Source: Verrucomicrobiota bacterium
GTDB lineage: Bacteria; Verrucomicrobiota; Verrucomicrobiia; Limisphaerales; UBA8199
Length of the DNA stretch: 64,000 bases
Direction of reading: 5' to 3'
NCBI GenBank assembly: GCA_012517205.1
Contig: JAAYVL010000103.1
Coordinates: 2,413-66,412 of the forward strand
The notes under the pieces were generated by a model that was not told where the DNA came from, searched no databases, and worked only from the letters and a program-made list of their open reading frames with translations. The number at the start of each line of letters is the position of its first letter. The first letter of the stretch is position 1. This document shows positions 37,671-48,324 of the stretch, piece by piece. The translations under genes and the position numbers were made by a program.

Positions 37671-38960
37671 TTATTTTGAATTCAGGTAACGCCCGATAAC
37701 CGTCTCGCCCAACGACTTAAACGCCGAGATGCGAGCCGCGGCATTGGGATAATTCGGATTGGGCTGGCCCTGCGCGTCCACCAGGCCGCATTCGCCGTGA
37801 AGCGTGAGAAACTGATGCGCGGCCACGACGCAGGCGCCCTCCCAAAAGAGGTCCTTCAGTTCTTCCGGAACCGCCAGGCCTTTCACGCAGGTTGGCTCGA
37901 TGGGAAGCAGGTCCAGGGTGTTATGCTCGGTGCCGGCGGTGACCACCAGGCCCGCCGCCCGCATCGCCCGGGCATACTCGGTTAGCACTTCCGGGGTGTT
38001 GCGGATCGGAATAAACTCGGCGCACGTGAAGCCGCGAGCTTTGATATTGGCGATCAGCTTTTCCACGGGCTGTTCGAAAGGGCAGATGGGGTTGGTGCCG
38101 TCGGCCAGCGTAGGGTAGGCGGGAATGCCGCCCAACTCCAGAATCAGCCGCCAGGCCTGTTCAAAGTTGATAAAAGTCTCGGGCACATACGCGGGCTTGC
38201 CCGCCTTTATAAGCTGGGTGCGAATTTCGTTTTGAATCCCGACGGCATCCTCGGGGCCGAACTTCGGCGTCGTCGCCAACCCCAGAACTTTCACAAGCTG
38301 CTCGATGCGTTCGCCCGCGGGAACACGGGCAAAGATCGCTTCCTGAAAAGCCTGGCAGACATGCCGTTCCTGGAGGTAGATGCGTTGGCGGGGGCATCCG
38401 TGGCGTCGGGCCACCATGTCTATCACGTCGGCCTCCGTCAACGGAATAGGCAGGCCGCGCTGGGCCAGCACCTCGCCCAGCTTGCGGATGACCTCGCGCA
38501 TCCGCGTGCTGTCATTGTGGCGGATCAGGCTCAGCAACCGGTTTGCCTCCGCGCTGAACGGTTCAAGGCGCGTAATGCCTTTGCCGCAGATGTACATCTT
38601 CCCAGGATTGCCGGGATCATTGATCTTCACGCCCTGCTGCACCAATTCGTCAATCAGGCAAATAATCTCCAGCCCAAACAGGGGGAAGATGCCGGCCTGG
38701 CGGGCGCTTTCGGCGAAATCGCCATACACTTCGTAGTCGTAGTAGTTGCTGACGCCAAGAACCTGGATTCCTTGCGCAACAGAAAGCTCAATGGCCTGCG
38801 CCACAGTCTGAAACGCGGAGAAATTCGGCGGCAGGTGGATATGGCTGTTGACTTTCAGCCTTTTCAGGCGTGGGCTGCCGGACCCGGCTTCGGCCGCCAG
38901 GGCCGTGGGCGTTCCCAATCCTTTAAGCAGGGCGAGGGCTTCCGCGGTGCGTTGCGTCAT
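37671..38960 (-). CDS. PHP-like metal-dependent hydrolase domain protein
   Basis: KVNSHIHLPPNFSAF is an HxH metal motif at the start of a PHP-like barrel. The protein is 429 aa. Function is unknown. Confidence 0.55.
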   Translation of the reverse strand: MTQRTAEALALLKGLGTPTALAAEAGSGSPRLKRLKVNSHIHLPPNFSAFQTVAQAIELSVAQGIQVLGVSNYYDYEVYGDFAESARQAGIFPLFGLEIICLIDELVQQGVKINDPGNPGKMYICGKGITRLEPFSAEANRLLSLIRHNDSTRMREVIRKLGEVLAQRGLPIPLTEADVIDMVARRHGCPRQRIYLQERHVCQAFQEAIFARVPAGERIEQLVKVLGLATTPKFGPEDAVGIQNEIRTQLIKAGKPAYVPETFINFEQAWRLILELGGIPAYPTLADGTNPICPFEQPVEKLIANIKARGFTCAEFIPIRNTPEVLTEYARAMRAAGLVVTAGTEHNTLDLLPIEPTCVKGLAVPEELKDLFWEGACVVAAHQFLTLHGECGLVDAQGQPNPNYPNAAARISAFKSLGETVIGRYLNSK

Positions 38961-38984
38961 AAAAATACTTCCAGCAGGCCAATA

Positions 38985-40406
38985 CTACTCCACACCGGCC
39001 GTGACCTGCAAAAACTTCCGAGGCGGCAAATGCAGCCCCATTGCCAGCGCGTCTTCGGCTGCTTCCTTGATGCCTTCGCTGATCGTCGGGTGCGCAAACA
39101 CGGTTTCTGCGATATCCTGCACGCTGACTTGCTGATGCAACAGCGCTCCGGCGGCGGCGATGCATTCGGTTGCATTATGCCCGATCATATGCACCCCCAA
39201 CAGGCGGCCAGTTTCACGATTGCGCACCACCTTTACGAAGCCCTCGGGATCATTGACCGCCAGGGCTTTGCCTAGAAACGACAGCGGGAAATTTCCGACC
39301 GCCACCGGGAAGCCCTGGGCCTGGGCTTCTTCGGCCGTCAACCCCACCGTTCCCACTTCCGGGAAGGTGTAAACGGCGTTGGGAATCGGAGCTTTGAACT
39401 CATGTCCCTGACCCAGCGCGTTCTCAACCGCCACCACGCCATGCGCCGATGCCGCATGGGCCAGCAGGCACCGCCCGTTGGCATCGCCAATGCAGTAGTA
39501 ATCCTTTAACACCGTTTCCATGCGATCGTTCACGCGAATAAACCCGCGTTCGGTCGTCAGTCCAATCGTTTCGAGCCCGATATCAGCAGTGTTTGGCCGT
39601 CGGCCAGTGGCCACGAGCACCCGGTCGGTCTCCAGACTTTCGCCGTTGCCCAGCTTCGCCACTGCGCCCGCCCCGCCCAACGCCAGGCTTTCGATCTTCA
39701 CCCCCGTAAATATTCGAATGCCCCGAGCCACGAGTATCTTCCGCAGCGTCTGCGCCACTTGCCCATCCAGGTTCGGCAGAATCTGGGGCAGCATTTCGAC
39801 CATCGTCACTTCCACTCCCAACGGCTGCATCATGCAGGCAAACTCGCACCCGATAACGCCGCCCCCCACAATGAGCAGCTTTCGAGGCAGGGTCTGCCAA
39901 TGCAGTGCTTCGTCACTCGTGCAAACGACGCGGGTATCTGTTGGCCATCCCGGGATTCTCGACGGCACCGAGCCTACAGCGAGAATGATTTTATCCGCCG
40001 TGAACTCCTCGAGCACGCCAGCCGCCCCGGAGACGACCACTCTTCCCGCTCCGGCCAGGGTGGCGCACCCCAACAGGACGGTTGCCTTTCGCGCGCCGAG
40101 CAAGCCCTTGATGCCTGCCCGCAACGTTTGCAGGATTTTATCCTTGCGCGCCTGAATCTTTCCCCAGTTCGCGACCGTTCCGGCGGGCACTTCGAGTCCC
40201 ATCGCCGCCGCATGCTGGATGCGATGCATTAACTCGGCTGAGCCCAGAATGGCCTTTGATGGAATGCACCCGTTGTTCAGGCAAGTGCCGCCCAGGTGAT
40301 CCTTCTCGACCAGCACGACGCGCGCGCCCATTTGAGCGGCTTTCAATGCCGCAATATACCCCCCCGGGCCGGCTCCTAAAATCGCTATCGTGTAATGCTT
40401 GCTCAT
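38985..40406 (-). CDS. lpdA: Dihydrolipoyl dehydrogenase (E3)
   Basis: ILGAGPGGYIAALKAAQMGARVVLVEKDHLGGTCLNNGCIPSK contains the redox-active CxxxxC. The C-terminal HAHPT-like motif is FAHPTISE. Confidence 0.9.
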   Translation of the reverse strand: MSKHYTIAILGAGPGGYIAALKAAQMGARVVLVEKDHLGGTCLNNGCIPSKAILGSAELMHRIQHAAAMGLEVPAGTVANWGKIQARKDKILQTLRAGIKGLLGARKATVLLGCATLAGAGRVVVSGAAGVLEEFTADKIILAVGSVPSRIPGWPTDTRVVCTSDEALHWQTLPRKLLIVGGGVIGCEFACMMQPLGVEVTMVEMLPQILPNLDGQVAQTLRKILVARGIRIFTGVKIESLALGGAGAVAKLGNGESLETDRVLVATGRRPNTADIGLETIGLTTERGFIRVNDRMETVLKDYYCIGDANGRCLLAHAASAHGVVAVENALGQGHEFKAPIPNAVYTFPEVGTVGLTAEEAQAQGFPVAVGNFPLSFLGKALAVNDPEGFVKVVRNRETGRLLGVHMIGHNATECIAAAGALLHQQVSVQDIAETVFAHPTISEGIKEAAEDALAMGLHLPPRKFLQVTAGVE

Positions 40407-40434
40407 AATGATCCGTAATCAGCCTCAGCCCGGC

Positions 40435-41961
40435 TTAGGCGATCAACTGGAGCGGATTCTCCAGCAACGCTTTGAGCCGCGCCATGAACTGCGCTCCCAA
40501 GGTGCCATCAATCAGCCGATGATCGGCGCTTAAAGTCAGGTGCAAGGTTTGCCCGGCCTTGAGAGCCCCGTCCTTCACAATTACATCCTCACGCACGGCT
40601 CCCACTGCCAGGATCGCCGCCTCGGGCGGATTGATGATCGCCACAAACTCATCCACCCCATACATGCCCAGGTTGGAGATGGTGAAGATGCCCTGTCCCA
40701 TGTTCTCAATTCTGCCGGCGCGGGCCTGGTTGGCCAGGCGCTTTGTTTCCACTGCTAGCTGCGCCAGCGTCAACTGCTCCGCGTTCATAACCACTGGCAC
40801 CACCAACCCATCGTCCATCCCCACAGCAATGCCGATGTTTGCCCCCGAAAACTCGATAACGCTCTCGCCATCTACACGGCTATGCATCGCCGGGAAATCC
40901 ATGATCGCCCGGGCGCTGGCCATGACTATGATGTCGTTCACGCTGCATCCAACCTTGGCTTTCTGGCTTTTGTAGAAGGCCATCATCGGCCCGGCGTTAA
41001 TACGCGCGCGGAGATACCAGTGCGGAATGGTGGTCTTTGATAGCGTGAGATTGCGGGCGATGGCTTTGCGCATGCCGCTCATACGCTTGCGGATGGCCCC
41101 GGCCGGCAATTCTCCAGCGGCCACGGGCTCCGCCGCTGCAAGCCCAGGTTTGGGCGTACCGGTGGCGGGAATATCCGTCGAAAGAATGCGTCCGCCCGGT
41201 CCGGACCCCCGTGCCACGGTTGCCAGATTCACCCCGCGTTCGGCGGCAAGCTTGCGAGCTGCAGGTGAAGCTTTTATCCGCCCGGTGCCAATGGCGGCAG
41301 CGGGAGGCGCCAATTCCACGCTCGGTTTCTCCGCTGCTTCCACCGGGGCCGCTGGGGCTGCGGCAGGTGAAGCCGGGCTAGTGCTGGAGGCGGCAATAAA
41401 GGCGTCAACGTCAGCCTCATTATCCGCCAAATAAGCCACCGGTTGCAGCACCGGGCTGCTGGCGCCTTCCCCGGCCACGATGCGCGCTAATCGCCCGGAA
41501 TCCGTTGCTTCGACCTCAATTGTCGCTTTGTCCGTCTCAATCTCGAAAATAATTTCGCCCTTCTTAATCATCGCCCCGGGCTGGACGTGCCATTTAACGA
41601 TGACGCCTTCTTCTACACTTTGCCCGGCTTTGGGCATGAGTATGGGGATTACTTTGCCGGTGGAAATGGTTGTCTTGGTCACGGGAATAGATTTCTGCTT
41701 GATGGGTTGAGTGGCAGATTGATTTGCCACGCCTTCAATAACCGCCAGAGGTGCCCCGATGGAAATCGTGCGGCCCGCCGGAGCCAGCACCTCCTTAATT
41801 ATGCCATCCATGGCCGATTCGATTACAGCCAAGCCTTCGTCCGTCTCAACTTCCAGCAGGATTTCTCCTTTGCGAACAACTTGCTCTGCCAGCTTTCGCC
41901 AGCGAAGAATCGTCGCTTTAGAAGCTGTTTTGCCTACGGGTGGTAATGTGAGCGTCGGCAT
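40435..41961 (-). CDS. Dihydrolipoamide acyltransferase (E2) with two lipoyl domains
   Basis: Two lipoyl-lysine motifs are present: LLEVETDEGL (degenerate) and IFEIETDKATIEVEA. The E3-binding stretch is ASPAARKLAAERGVNL. The catalytic tail is LSADHRLIDG. Confidence 0.9.
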   Translation of the reverse strand: MPTLTLPPVGKTASKATILRWRKLAEQVVRKGEILLEVETDEGLAVIESAMDGIIKEVLAPAGRTISIGAPLAVIEGVANQSATQPIKQKSIPVTKTTISTGKVIPILMPKAGQSVEEGVIVKWHVQPGAMIKKGEIIFEIETDKATIEVEATDSGRLARIVAGEGASSPVLQPVAYLADNEADVDAFIAASSTSPASPAAAPAAPVEAAEKPSVELAPPAAAIGTGRIKASPAARKLAAERGVNLATVARGSGPGGRILSTDIPATGTPKPGLAAAEPVAAGELPAGAIRKRMSGMRKAIARNLTLSKTTIPHWYLRARINAGPMMAFYKSQKAKVGCSVNDIIVMASARAIMDFPAMHSRVDGESVIEFSGANIGIAVGMDDGLVVPVVMNAEQLTLAQLAVETKRLANQARAGRIENMGQGIFTISNLGMYGVDEFVAIINPPEAAILAVGAVREDVIVKDGALKAGQTLHLTLSADHRLIDGTLGAQFMARLKALLENPLQLIA

Positions 41962-42187
41962 AAATCAACGGGTCTGTGACTGAACTTAATACATAACTCT
42001 TTCAATATTCAGCTAAAGACAGTCAGCAGTCAATCAGATTTTGATAAAAATATGTTGCGTCCTTGTCAGAATGAGGTTAAACCATATTCATTGAATCCGA
42101 TAAGGCGGTCCCGCAACGCTTGGATGGCCAATCTGGGCGGCGAGGCTGAAAGGCAGCAGTTAAGGTTGCCTGGCTTTGGGATAACTT

Positions 42188-42949
42188 ATGAATTCGTTTC
42201 GTCAGCGGCGCGAGAAGATACTTGCGGCCATTTTCGAGAAGCGACACGTCTCTGCTCGAGACCTGGCGGCAAGTTTGCCTGCGTCCGAAGCGACGGTCCG
42301 GCGCGATCTCAAGGCTTTGGCTGCCGACGGGGAGATCGAACTCGTTTATGGCGGGGCGACGCTTCGGCGCCCATCCGACTATTCCTTTCGTTCCAAAGGT
42401 GAGCGTAACGTAGAAGCTAAGCGGATTATCGGGCGGCTTGCGGCAGACCTGGTGCAAGAAAACGAGCAGATTTTTCTGGATTCTGGCACTACATGCTTCG
42501 AAATGCTGCCTTTTTTGAAGACCCGGCGCGGGCTTTCGATTATTTGCTCTTCCGCCCGACTGGCCCTGGAACTGGACACGCCGGGCGTCTCGGTAATCCT
42601 GTTGGGAGGGCAGTATCGGCCGGACCGTATGGATACGGTCGGGGTGCTGGCCTCCGCGACGATTGACCAGTTGCGCGGCTATCTATGTTTTATTGGCGCG
42701 GACGGCCTGGACCGGGAGTTTGGCCCCGCGGCCGCTGATTTGGAAAGCGCGGATCTCAATCGCCGCGCCGTGCGCAATGCCCGCCAGACCGTTCTGCTCG
42801 TGGACCATACCAAATTCGCCGCCGCTTCGTTGTGCAAAGTGGTGGACTGGAAACTGGTTTCCCGCATTGTGACCGACCGCGCCCCAAGCCCGGAGTGGAT
42901 GGATTTTCTGACCGCCCAGGGCATTCAAGTGGATTACCCGGGGGAATAA
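42188..42949 (+). CDS. DeoR-family transcriptional regulator
   Basis: The HTH N-terminus is RREKILAAIFEKRHVSARDLAASLPASEATVRRDLKALA. A DeoR C-terminal sugar-phosphate sensor domain follows. The gene is divergent from the E2 gene. Confidence 0.85.
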   Translation: MNSFRQRREKILAAIFEKRHVSARDLAASLPASEATVRRDLKALAADGEIELVYGGATLRRPSDYSFRSKGERNVEAKRIIGRLAADLVQENEQIFLDSGTTCFEMLPFLKTRRGLSIICSSARLALELDTPGVSVILLGGQYRPDRMDTVGVLASATIDQLRGYLCFIGADGLDREFGPAAADLESADLNRRAVRNARQTVLLVDHTKFAAASLCKVVDWKLVSRIVTDRAPSPEWMDFLTAQGIQVDYPGE

Positions 42950-43015
42950 AGACCCCAGACTTTCAACCGCGTTGTTTATGAACATCAACTTACCGCAAAG
43001 GAACTAACAGCAATT

Positions 43016-45493
43016 ATGCCCAAGAGCCTATTCGTCAATCCCGTCGAGAACCGCCGCCCCGGACAGATCGAATTCACCCCCATTCCGATCAACCAGTACC
43101 GCAAAACCTGCAAAGAGGAATTCGCCGCCAAGCGCTTTTCCAAGGCCGATTTTCTGCGCATCCAGCGCGATATGGAGATTATTCGAGCCTTCGAGAACAT
43201 GCTCAACGAAATCAAGCTGCGCGGCAGCTTCCACGGCATCGAATACAATCACCGCGGCCCGGCTCATCTTTCGATCGGCCAGGAAGCCGCCGCCGTGGGC
43301 CAGGCTTACTTGCTGGGGGTGGAGGACCATATTTACGGCTCCCATCGCAGCCACGGAGAAATCCTGGCCAAAGGCCTCTCGGCCATTGCCAAGCTGTCCG
43401 ATGACGCCCTGCTCAAGATTATGCGCGATTACTTCGGCGGCGACACCCTGCGCGTCGTCGAAAAGGATGCCACCGGCTCCGCCAAGGACCTGGCCATAGA
43501 TTACCTTGTCTATGGCGCGCTGGCGGAAATCTTCGCCAAAGACTACGGCTTCAACCGCGGCCTGGGCGGCTCCATGCATGCCTTCTTTCCCCCCTTCGGC
43601 ATTATGCCGAATAACGCCATCGTGGGCGGCTCGGGTGATATTTCGGTCGGGGCGGCGCTGTATAAGCATATCAATCGCAAGCCCGGCATCGTGATCTGCA
43701 ACATCGGCGATGCCTCGGCCGGCTGCGGCCCGGTGTGGGAAGGCATCTGTTTCGCAACCATGGACCAGTTCAAACTGCTCTGGGATGAAGCCCATCGCGG
43801 CGGGCTGCCTTTGATCCTCAATTTCGTCAACAACTTCTACGGCATGGGTGGCCAGCCGGTCGGCGAAACCATGGGGTTCAAAGTCCTGGCCCGCCTCGGC
43901 GCCGGCGTCAACCCTGAGCAAATGCATGCTGAGCGCGTGGATGGCTACAACCCGCTGGCGGTTATTGATGCCATCGCCCGCAAGAAAAAAATCATCGAAG
44001 ACAAGAACGGCCCCGTCCTGCTCGACACCATCACCTACCGTTTTTCCGGCCATTCCCCCTCCGACGCCTCCAGTTATCGCGAGAAGTCAGAGGTGGACGC
44101 CTGGCGCCAGCAGGATTCCCTCGCCGCGTTCGCGCAGGAGCTCGTAGACGCCAAAATCTGCACCCGCGCCGAGATTGACGAGATACACGCCCAGGCCGAG
44201 GCGATCATTCTCAAGGCCTTTAAGAAAGCCGTGGACATCAAGCTCAGCCCGCGCAGCGATCTCAAGCTCAAGGATTGCATCCTTGAACGCACGATGTTCT
44301 CGAACTTGAAAATCGAGTCCCTGGAGCCGGGCCGCAAACCGGAAGTGCTCCTCACCAAAGAGGAAAACCCCCGCGTCAAACAGTTGGCCCAGCGCAGCCG
44401 TTCGGCCTTCGACGACAAGGGCGCCAAGCTGCCCAAGAGCAAATGCGTCGGTATTCGGGACGCCATTTTTGAGGCCATCCTCGACCGCTTCTATGTGGAC
44501 CCCACGCTGGTCGCCTACGGCGAGGAGAACCGCGATTGGGGCGGCGCGTTCGCCGTTTACCGCGGCCTGACCGAGGCGCTGCCGTATCATCGCCTCTTTA
44601 ACTCGCCGATCAGCGAAGGCGCGATCGTCGGCTCCGCCGTCGGCTATGCCCTGGAAGGCGGCCGCCCGCTGGTCGAGTTGATGTATTGCGACTTTTTGGG
44701 CCGGGCCGGCGATGAAATCTTCAACCAAATGGCGAAGTGGCAATCCATGTCCGGCGGCCTCCTGAAGATGCCGGTCGTCCTCCGCGTCAGCGTCGGCTCC
44801 AAATACGGCGCCCAGCACTCGCAAGACTGGACCAGCATCTGCGCCCACATCCCCGGCCTCAAAGTCGTTTTCCCCGCCACTCCCTACGACGCCAAGGGCC
44901 TCATGAACTCCGCCCTGGTCGGCACCGACCCGGTGGTCTTCTTCGAAAGCCAGCGCATCTACGATGAACCCGAGCATTTCGTCAAGGGCGGCGTCCCCGT
45001 CGGCTACTACGAGGTGCCCTTCGGCGAGCCGGATATCAAGAAACCCGGGCGCGACCTGACGCTTCTCACCGTGGGCGCCACCCTCTACCGCGCCCTCGAC
45101 GCGGCCAAACAACTGGAGGAAAAGTGGGGGCTGTCCTGCGAAGTCATTGACGCCCGCTCGATTGTCCCCTTCAACTACGCGAAGGTGCTCGAATCGGTAA
45201 AGAAGACCCGGAAGATTCTTCTGACCTCTGATGCCTGCGACCGGGGCAGCGCCTTGCAGACCATGGCCGCCAAAATCACCCAGTTCGCCTTCGATGAATT
45301 GGACGCCCCTCCCATTGTGGTGGGCGCCCGCAACTGGATCACCCCCGCCGATGAAGTGGAAGACGCCTTTTTCCCGTTCGCGGTGGATATCATTGACGCC
45401 ATTCATGAGCACCTCCTGCCGCTGAAAGGCTATACCGTCACCCGGGAATGTTCCAACGCCGACCAACTGCGGCGCTACGCCCAGGGAATCTAG
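43016..45493 (+). CDS. Fused E1 alpha-beta subunit of a TPP-dependent 2-oxoacid (acetoin/pyruvate-type) dehydrogenase
   Basis: 825 aa. The alpha half has [18 protein letters not shown] and [16 protein letters not shown], a TPP motif. The beta half has transketolase-like pyrimidine-binding and C-terminal domains ([18 protein letters not shown]). Confidence 0.85.
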   Translation: MPKSLFVNPVENRRPGQIEFTPIPINQYRKTCKEEFAAKRFSKADFLRIQRDMEIIRAFENMLNEIKLRGSFHGIEYNHRGPAHLSIGQEAAAVGQAYLLGVEDHIYGSHRSHGEILAKGLSAIAKLSDDALLKIMRDYFGGDTLRVVEKDATGSAKDLAIDYLVYGALAEIFAKDYGFNRGLGGSMHAFFPPFGIMPNNAIVGGSGDISVGAALYKHINRKPGIVICNIGDASAGCGPVWEGICFATMDQFKLLWDEAHRGGLPLILNFVNNFYGMGGQPVGETMGFKVLARLGAGVNPEQMHAERVDGYNPLAVIDAIARKKKIIEDKNGPVLLDTITYRFSGHSPSDASSYREKSEVDAWRQQDSLAAFAQELVDAKICTRAEIDEIHAQAEAIILKAFKKAVDIKLSPRSDLKLKDCILERTMFSNLKIESLEPGRKPEVLLTKEENPRVKQLAQRSRSAFDDKGAKLPKSKCVGIRDAIFEAILDRFYVDPTLVAYGEENRDWGGAFAVYRGLTEALPYHRLFNSPISEGAIVGSAVGYALEGGRPLVELMYCDFLGRAGDEIFNQMAKWQSMSGGLLKMPVVLRVSVGSKYGAQHSQDWTSICAHIPGLKVVFPATPYDAKGLMNSALVGTDPVVFFESQRIYDEPEHFVKGGVPVGYYEVPFGEPDIKKPGRDLTLLTVGATLYRALDAAKQLEEKWGLSCEVIDARSIVPFNYAKVLESVKKTRKILLTSDACDRGSALQTMAAKITQFAFDELDAPPIVVGARNWITPADEVEDAFFPFAVDIIDAIHEHLLPLKGYTVTRECSNADQLRRYAQGI

Positions 45494-45510
45494 CCCGGCC
45501 CAGCCGCCGC

Positions 45511-46206
45511 ATGAAGCCGTTCCAGGCCGTCATCTTCGACATGGACGGCGTGATCGTGGACAGTGAGCCGAGCCACGAGCGCGCCTTTCTGGAGGTCATG
45601 CGCGAACTCGGCTACGGCGATACCCACGGCCTGCGGTTTGCGGATTACGTGGGCCGGCCCGACGAAGTCCTGTGGCAGGACTTCATCGCCCGCCACCACC
45701 CGCCGCAGTCCAACGAAGAGCTGCTGGCGCTGAAAACCCGGCGCGTGGTCGAAATCATTCGCCGGGACCAGCCGGTCTTCGCGGGCGTCGCCGAATTAAT
45801 CGAACAGCTCGCCGCGCGGTACGTGCTGGCGCTGGCCTCGGGCTCGGAGCGCCAGATTGTGCGGGAGGTGCTTGGACTCAAGGGCCTGGGGCGCTTCTTT
45901 TCCGCCAGCGTCGCCGGCTCGGAAGTCCGCCACGGCAAACCGGCCCCCGACATCTTCCTCCGCGCCGCGGAAATGATCCGGGTGCCGCCGCGCGCATGCT
46001 GCGTCATCGAGGATTCCAAGCCCGGCATCGCGGCGGGGCTCGCCGCCGGCATGGAAGTGATCGCCATCACCAACACCCACCCCGCGGACGAACTGCGTGA
46101 CGCCACGCATATTGTGCGGACTTACAGCGAGATTCAGCACCTGCTGCTCGGGCCGCAAAGGCGGTGCGCCAACCGCGTTCCGGATACGCGCACCCACAGC
46201 GGGTAA
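45511..46206 (+). CDS. HAD-IA hydrolase (beta-phosphoglucomutase-like phosphatase)
   Basis: The start MKPFQAVIFDMDGVIVDSEP at 45511 carries HAD motif I. CCVIEDSKPGIAAG is motif IV. The track ORF start at 45448 overlaps the E1 gene. Confidence 0.8.
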   Translation: MKPFQAVIFDMDGVIVDSEPSHERAFLEVMRELGYGDTHGLRFADYVGRPDEVLWQDFIARHHPPQSNEELLALKTRRVVEIIRRDQPVFAGVAELIEQLAARYVLALASGSERQIVREVLGLKGLGRFFSASVAGSEVRHGKPAPDIFLRAAEMIRVPPRACCVIEDSKPGIAAGLAAGMEVIAITNTHPADELRDATHIVRTYSEIQHLLLGPQRRCANRVPDTRTHSG

Positions 46207-46529
46207 CGGGCCGGGCCGGGCGGCGGCGCGCCGGGCGCTTCTGGCAGCAGAGCGGCTGTCCCCAAAAAACCGACCGCAGAGAGCCAGGCAGAAATGGCCC
46301 GACTCGCTCCTTTCAACTCGGCTGAGGGCCCAGAAGGGGCGGCCCTTTACGGCGTTGCCCGCGGGCGGGAAGCCCCCACTTGGACTGGCAACGGGCAGGC
46401 CAACATACTCGACTAAAACGTTCCACAAGAGTAAGCGGATACGGTTATATGCGTAGTTCAGGCAGTTGCGTTCGTACACGCGCTGCTGGAGTGTTGGCAG
46501 GGCGAGCATGATCTACTGATAGGAATTTG

Positions 46530-47180
46530 TTTTAGGCGCGCCCGCACCTGCTCAGTGCTGCGCGGGTGAGGGAGAATTGGTTTTTAAGCTCACCAGGCAT
46601 GTGGCGAGCCTTGCGGGAGCCGGTGGCGGTGCCAATGCCCGTTGTTCGCTTTATTCGCGGTAATTTTCGCCCATTCCTGGGTGTAGTCGCCGGGGTTTGG
46701 GGGCGCAGCGTATGGCGGGGCGGAGATCGCGACGGGAACGCCCGGCGCACGGGCGCGCCCCGCTCCGAGCCGGGTGGATGATGCGGCAGTTTGAGCGGCG
46801 GCGGCGGGGAAATGCCGGGGCGGGGCAACGCCAGTTCGGGCGGTCGGCCGCACTGGCGCACACCGCGCATCTTGTTCGAGCACCACCCGTAGTAGCGGGT
46901 TATCTGGGCACCTTTGCCGAGAACGTGCCAGGTGGCGCGGCGCAACCCAGCATGAATCTTCAGCCCCAGGCTCAACGTGGCGCAACCGGTTGAGAACCAT
47001 CTGGCGGGAGCCCTGGCCCCTTGGAAATAGGGCCTGACCCATGCCTTTATGGAGGGGCTCAATAATGTGTTCAGTGCCGTCAAAAGTAAGGCCTACGGCT
47101 ACCGCCCCACCGTCTGACTCCTCTTCAAGCTCCACCTGTTGGATGGCAAACTCTGTATCCCCCACACTTGATTCCACTCA
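46530..47180 (-). pseudogene. IS91-family (Y2 rolling-circle) transposase C-terminal remnant with multiple frameshifts
   Basis: Fragments appear in different minus-strand frames. They are GLTFDGTEHIIEPL, then HVLGKGAQITRYYGWCSNKMRGVRQ (the RYYGW.SN..RG motif typical of the Y2_Tnp C-terminus), then DYTQEWAKI. No intact ORF remains. Confidence 0.45.
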
Positions 47181-47305
47181 AAACGCAGAGAAATCGTCCG
47201 AAAACCAACAAGTATCTGAAAAGAAGCAAGTTATAAATGCGACGACTTCGGCAATCCCGAAGCCAACCATTGCCAGCACCTAAGTCTCTCCTCCGTTATT
47301 TCAAG

Positions 47306-47401
47306 CCGTGTACAAGGGGTGTACAACGGATGCTCAAGGGAAGCTCAAGGAAAAAAAGCATGTTCACCCGGTGAGCATCCCTTGTACACCCGTTGTACAC
47401 G
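47306..47401 (+). repeat. Iteron hairpin element, copy 3
   Basis: Left arm: CCGTGTACAAGGGGTGTACAACGGATGCTCA at 47306-47336. The loop contains CAAGGAAAAAAAGC. Right arm: GGTGAGCATCCCTTGTACACCCGTTGTACACG at 47370-47401. Confidence 0.9.
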
Positions 47402-47506
47402 ACCTATTGGCAGCACTGAAGTGGCTGGGAATGCTGGAGATGACGCAAAGGCGGGGGTAATGGCGTTGCGGGGGAGAGTAGCTGCCAAAAGGGAAGGCCC
47501 GGAATG

Positions 47507-47523
47507 TGTCCAATAATTGGACA
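47507..47523. promoter_or_regulatory. Perfect palindrome TGTCCAATAATTGGACA (copy 1 of 2)
   Basis: Identical 17-mer at 59969-59985, in both cases to the right of an iteron hairpin. Here it is followed by the tandem GGACAGTTG GGACAGTTG. Confidence 0.6.
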
Positions 47524-47548
47524 GTTGGGACAGTTGGGAAAGCTGTTA

Positions 47549-48324
47549 TCAGGTATCGAAGGCGGAGAAGAGGTGGCGGAGTTCTTCCTCGATTTTCTCC
47601 CGGGAGGGGACGGTGCGGGCGGTTTCGGCGTGCGGGATTCCGCGGCAACGGGTGCGCAGGCTGGGGACGGCCATTTTCACCACGGGCGCGGTGAGGTTCA
47701 GGCGGGCGGCGATCCCGGCGTAAGGCCGGGCTGACTCTCCCCGGGCCCAACAGCTTTGTGGAGACTCGAACCGCCTGGCCCGGCCAGAGGCCGCCCACCC
47801 TTCCTGCAACTGCGCCATAGCGTCCTGGAGCAGAGTCATGGCCCATTGCCGGTCAAAGAGCAGGCCGGGCTGGATGTTGGGCGAGGGGTCAGCGGCAAAG
47901 CGGGATTCGGCGAACTCCAGGTCAATGGCGGTTATCCGCGCAAAGCCGCCGCGCTTTTGTGCGCGTTGGCGGTCTCATTCATTAGCCAGGAGCCGTTTCC
48001 AGACCAGCAGGAGGAAGGTGCGAAGCTTGCCCTTCGCTCGCGCCGCTACCTGCAGGCAGTCTTTCTGCAACCGGTGGACGAAGGAGCCTGGGCAAGGTCC
48101 CGCGCGCCCCGGGGCGCATGGCCGTGCCGCCGCCGGAAGGCGCAGAGGGGGTGTCCGCAAGCGCGGCAAAGCGTCTCGAGCGCAGTGGCCGACCTGGGCA
48201 TGTCTTTTTCGCGCGCCGGGGGCACGACCGTCCAGTGGATGGGGGTGAACCAGGCGTCTGAAGCGGGCAGCGGTGCGGGGGCGACGGAACTTCCGCCCGC
48301 GGCGGAGGGACTTGCGCGGCTCAG
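47549..48324 (-). pseudogene. ECF-type sigma-70 factor (plancto/verruco type) pseudogene: one TGA at a conserved Trp position and one 1-nt frameshift
   Basis: The minus strand reads ...THWTVVPPAREKDMPRSATALETLCRACGHPLCAFRRRHGHAPRGARDLAQ. A frameshift near 48086-48094 leads to GSFVHRLQKDCLQVAARAKGKLRTFLLLVWKRLLANE. After the TGA at 47975-47977 it continues DRQRAQKRGGGFARITAIDLEF...LFDRQWAMTLLQDAMAQL...YAGIAARLNLTAPVVKMAV...EEELRHLFSAFDT. No ATG or GTG start is left. Confidence 0.7.

Noticed and set aside
46207-46509. ORF 45796..46509(-) starting MLALPTLQQRVYERNCLNYAYNRIRLLLWNV
   Set aside because: Only the first 40 or so codons look protein-like. The rest is antisense to the HAD gene. I recognise no family, and it may be one more IS-remnant scrap.
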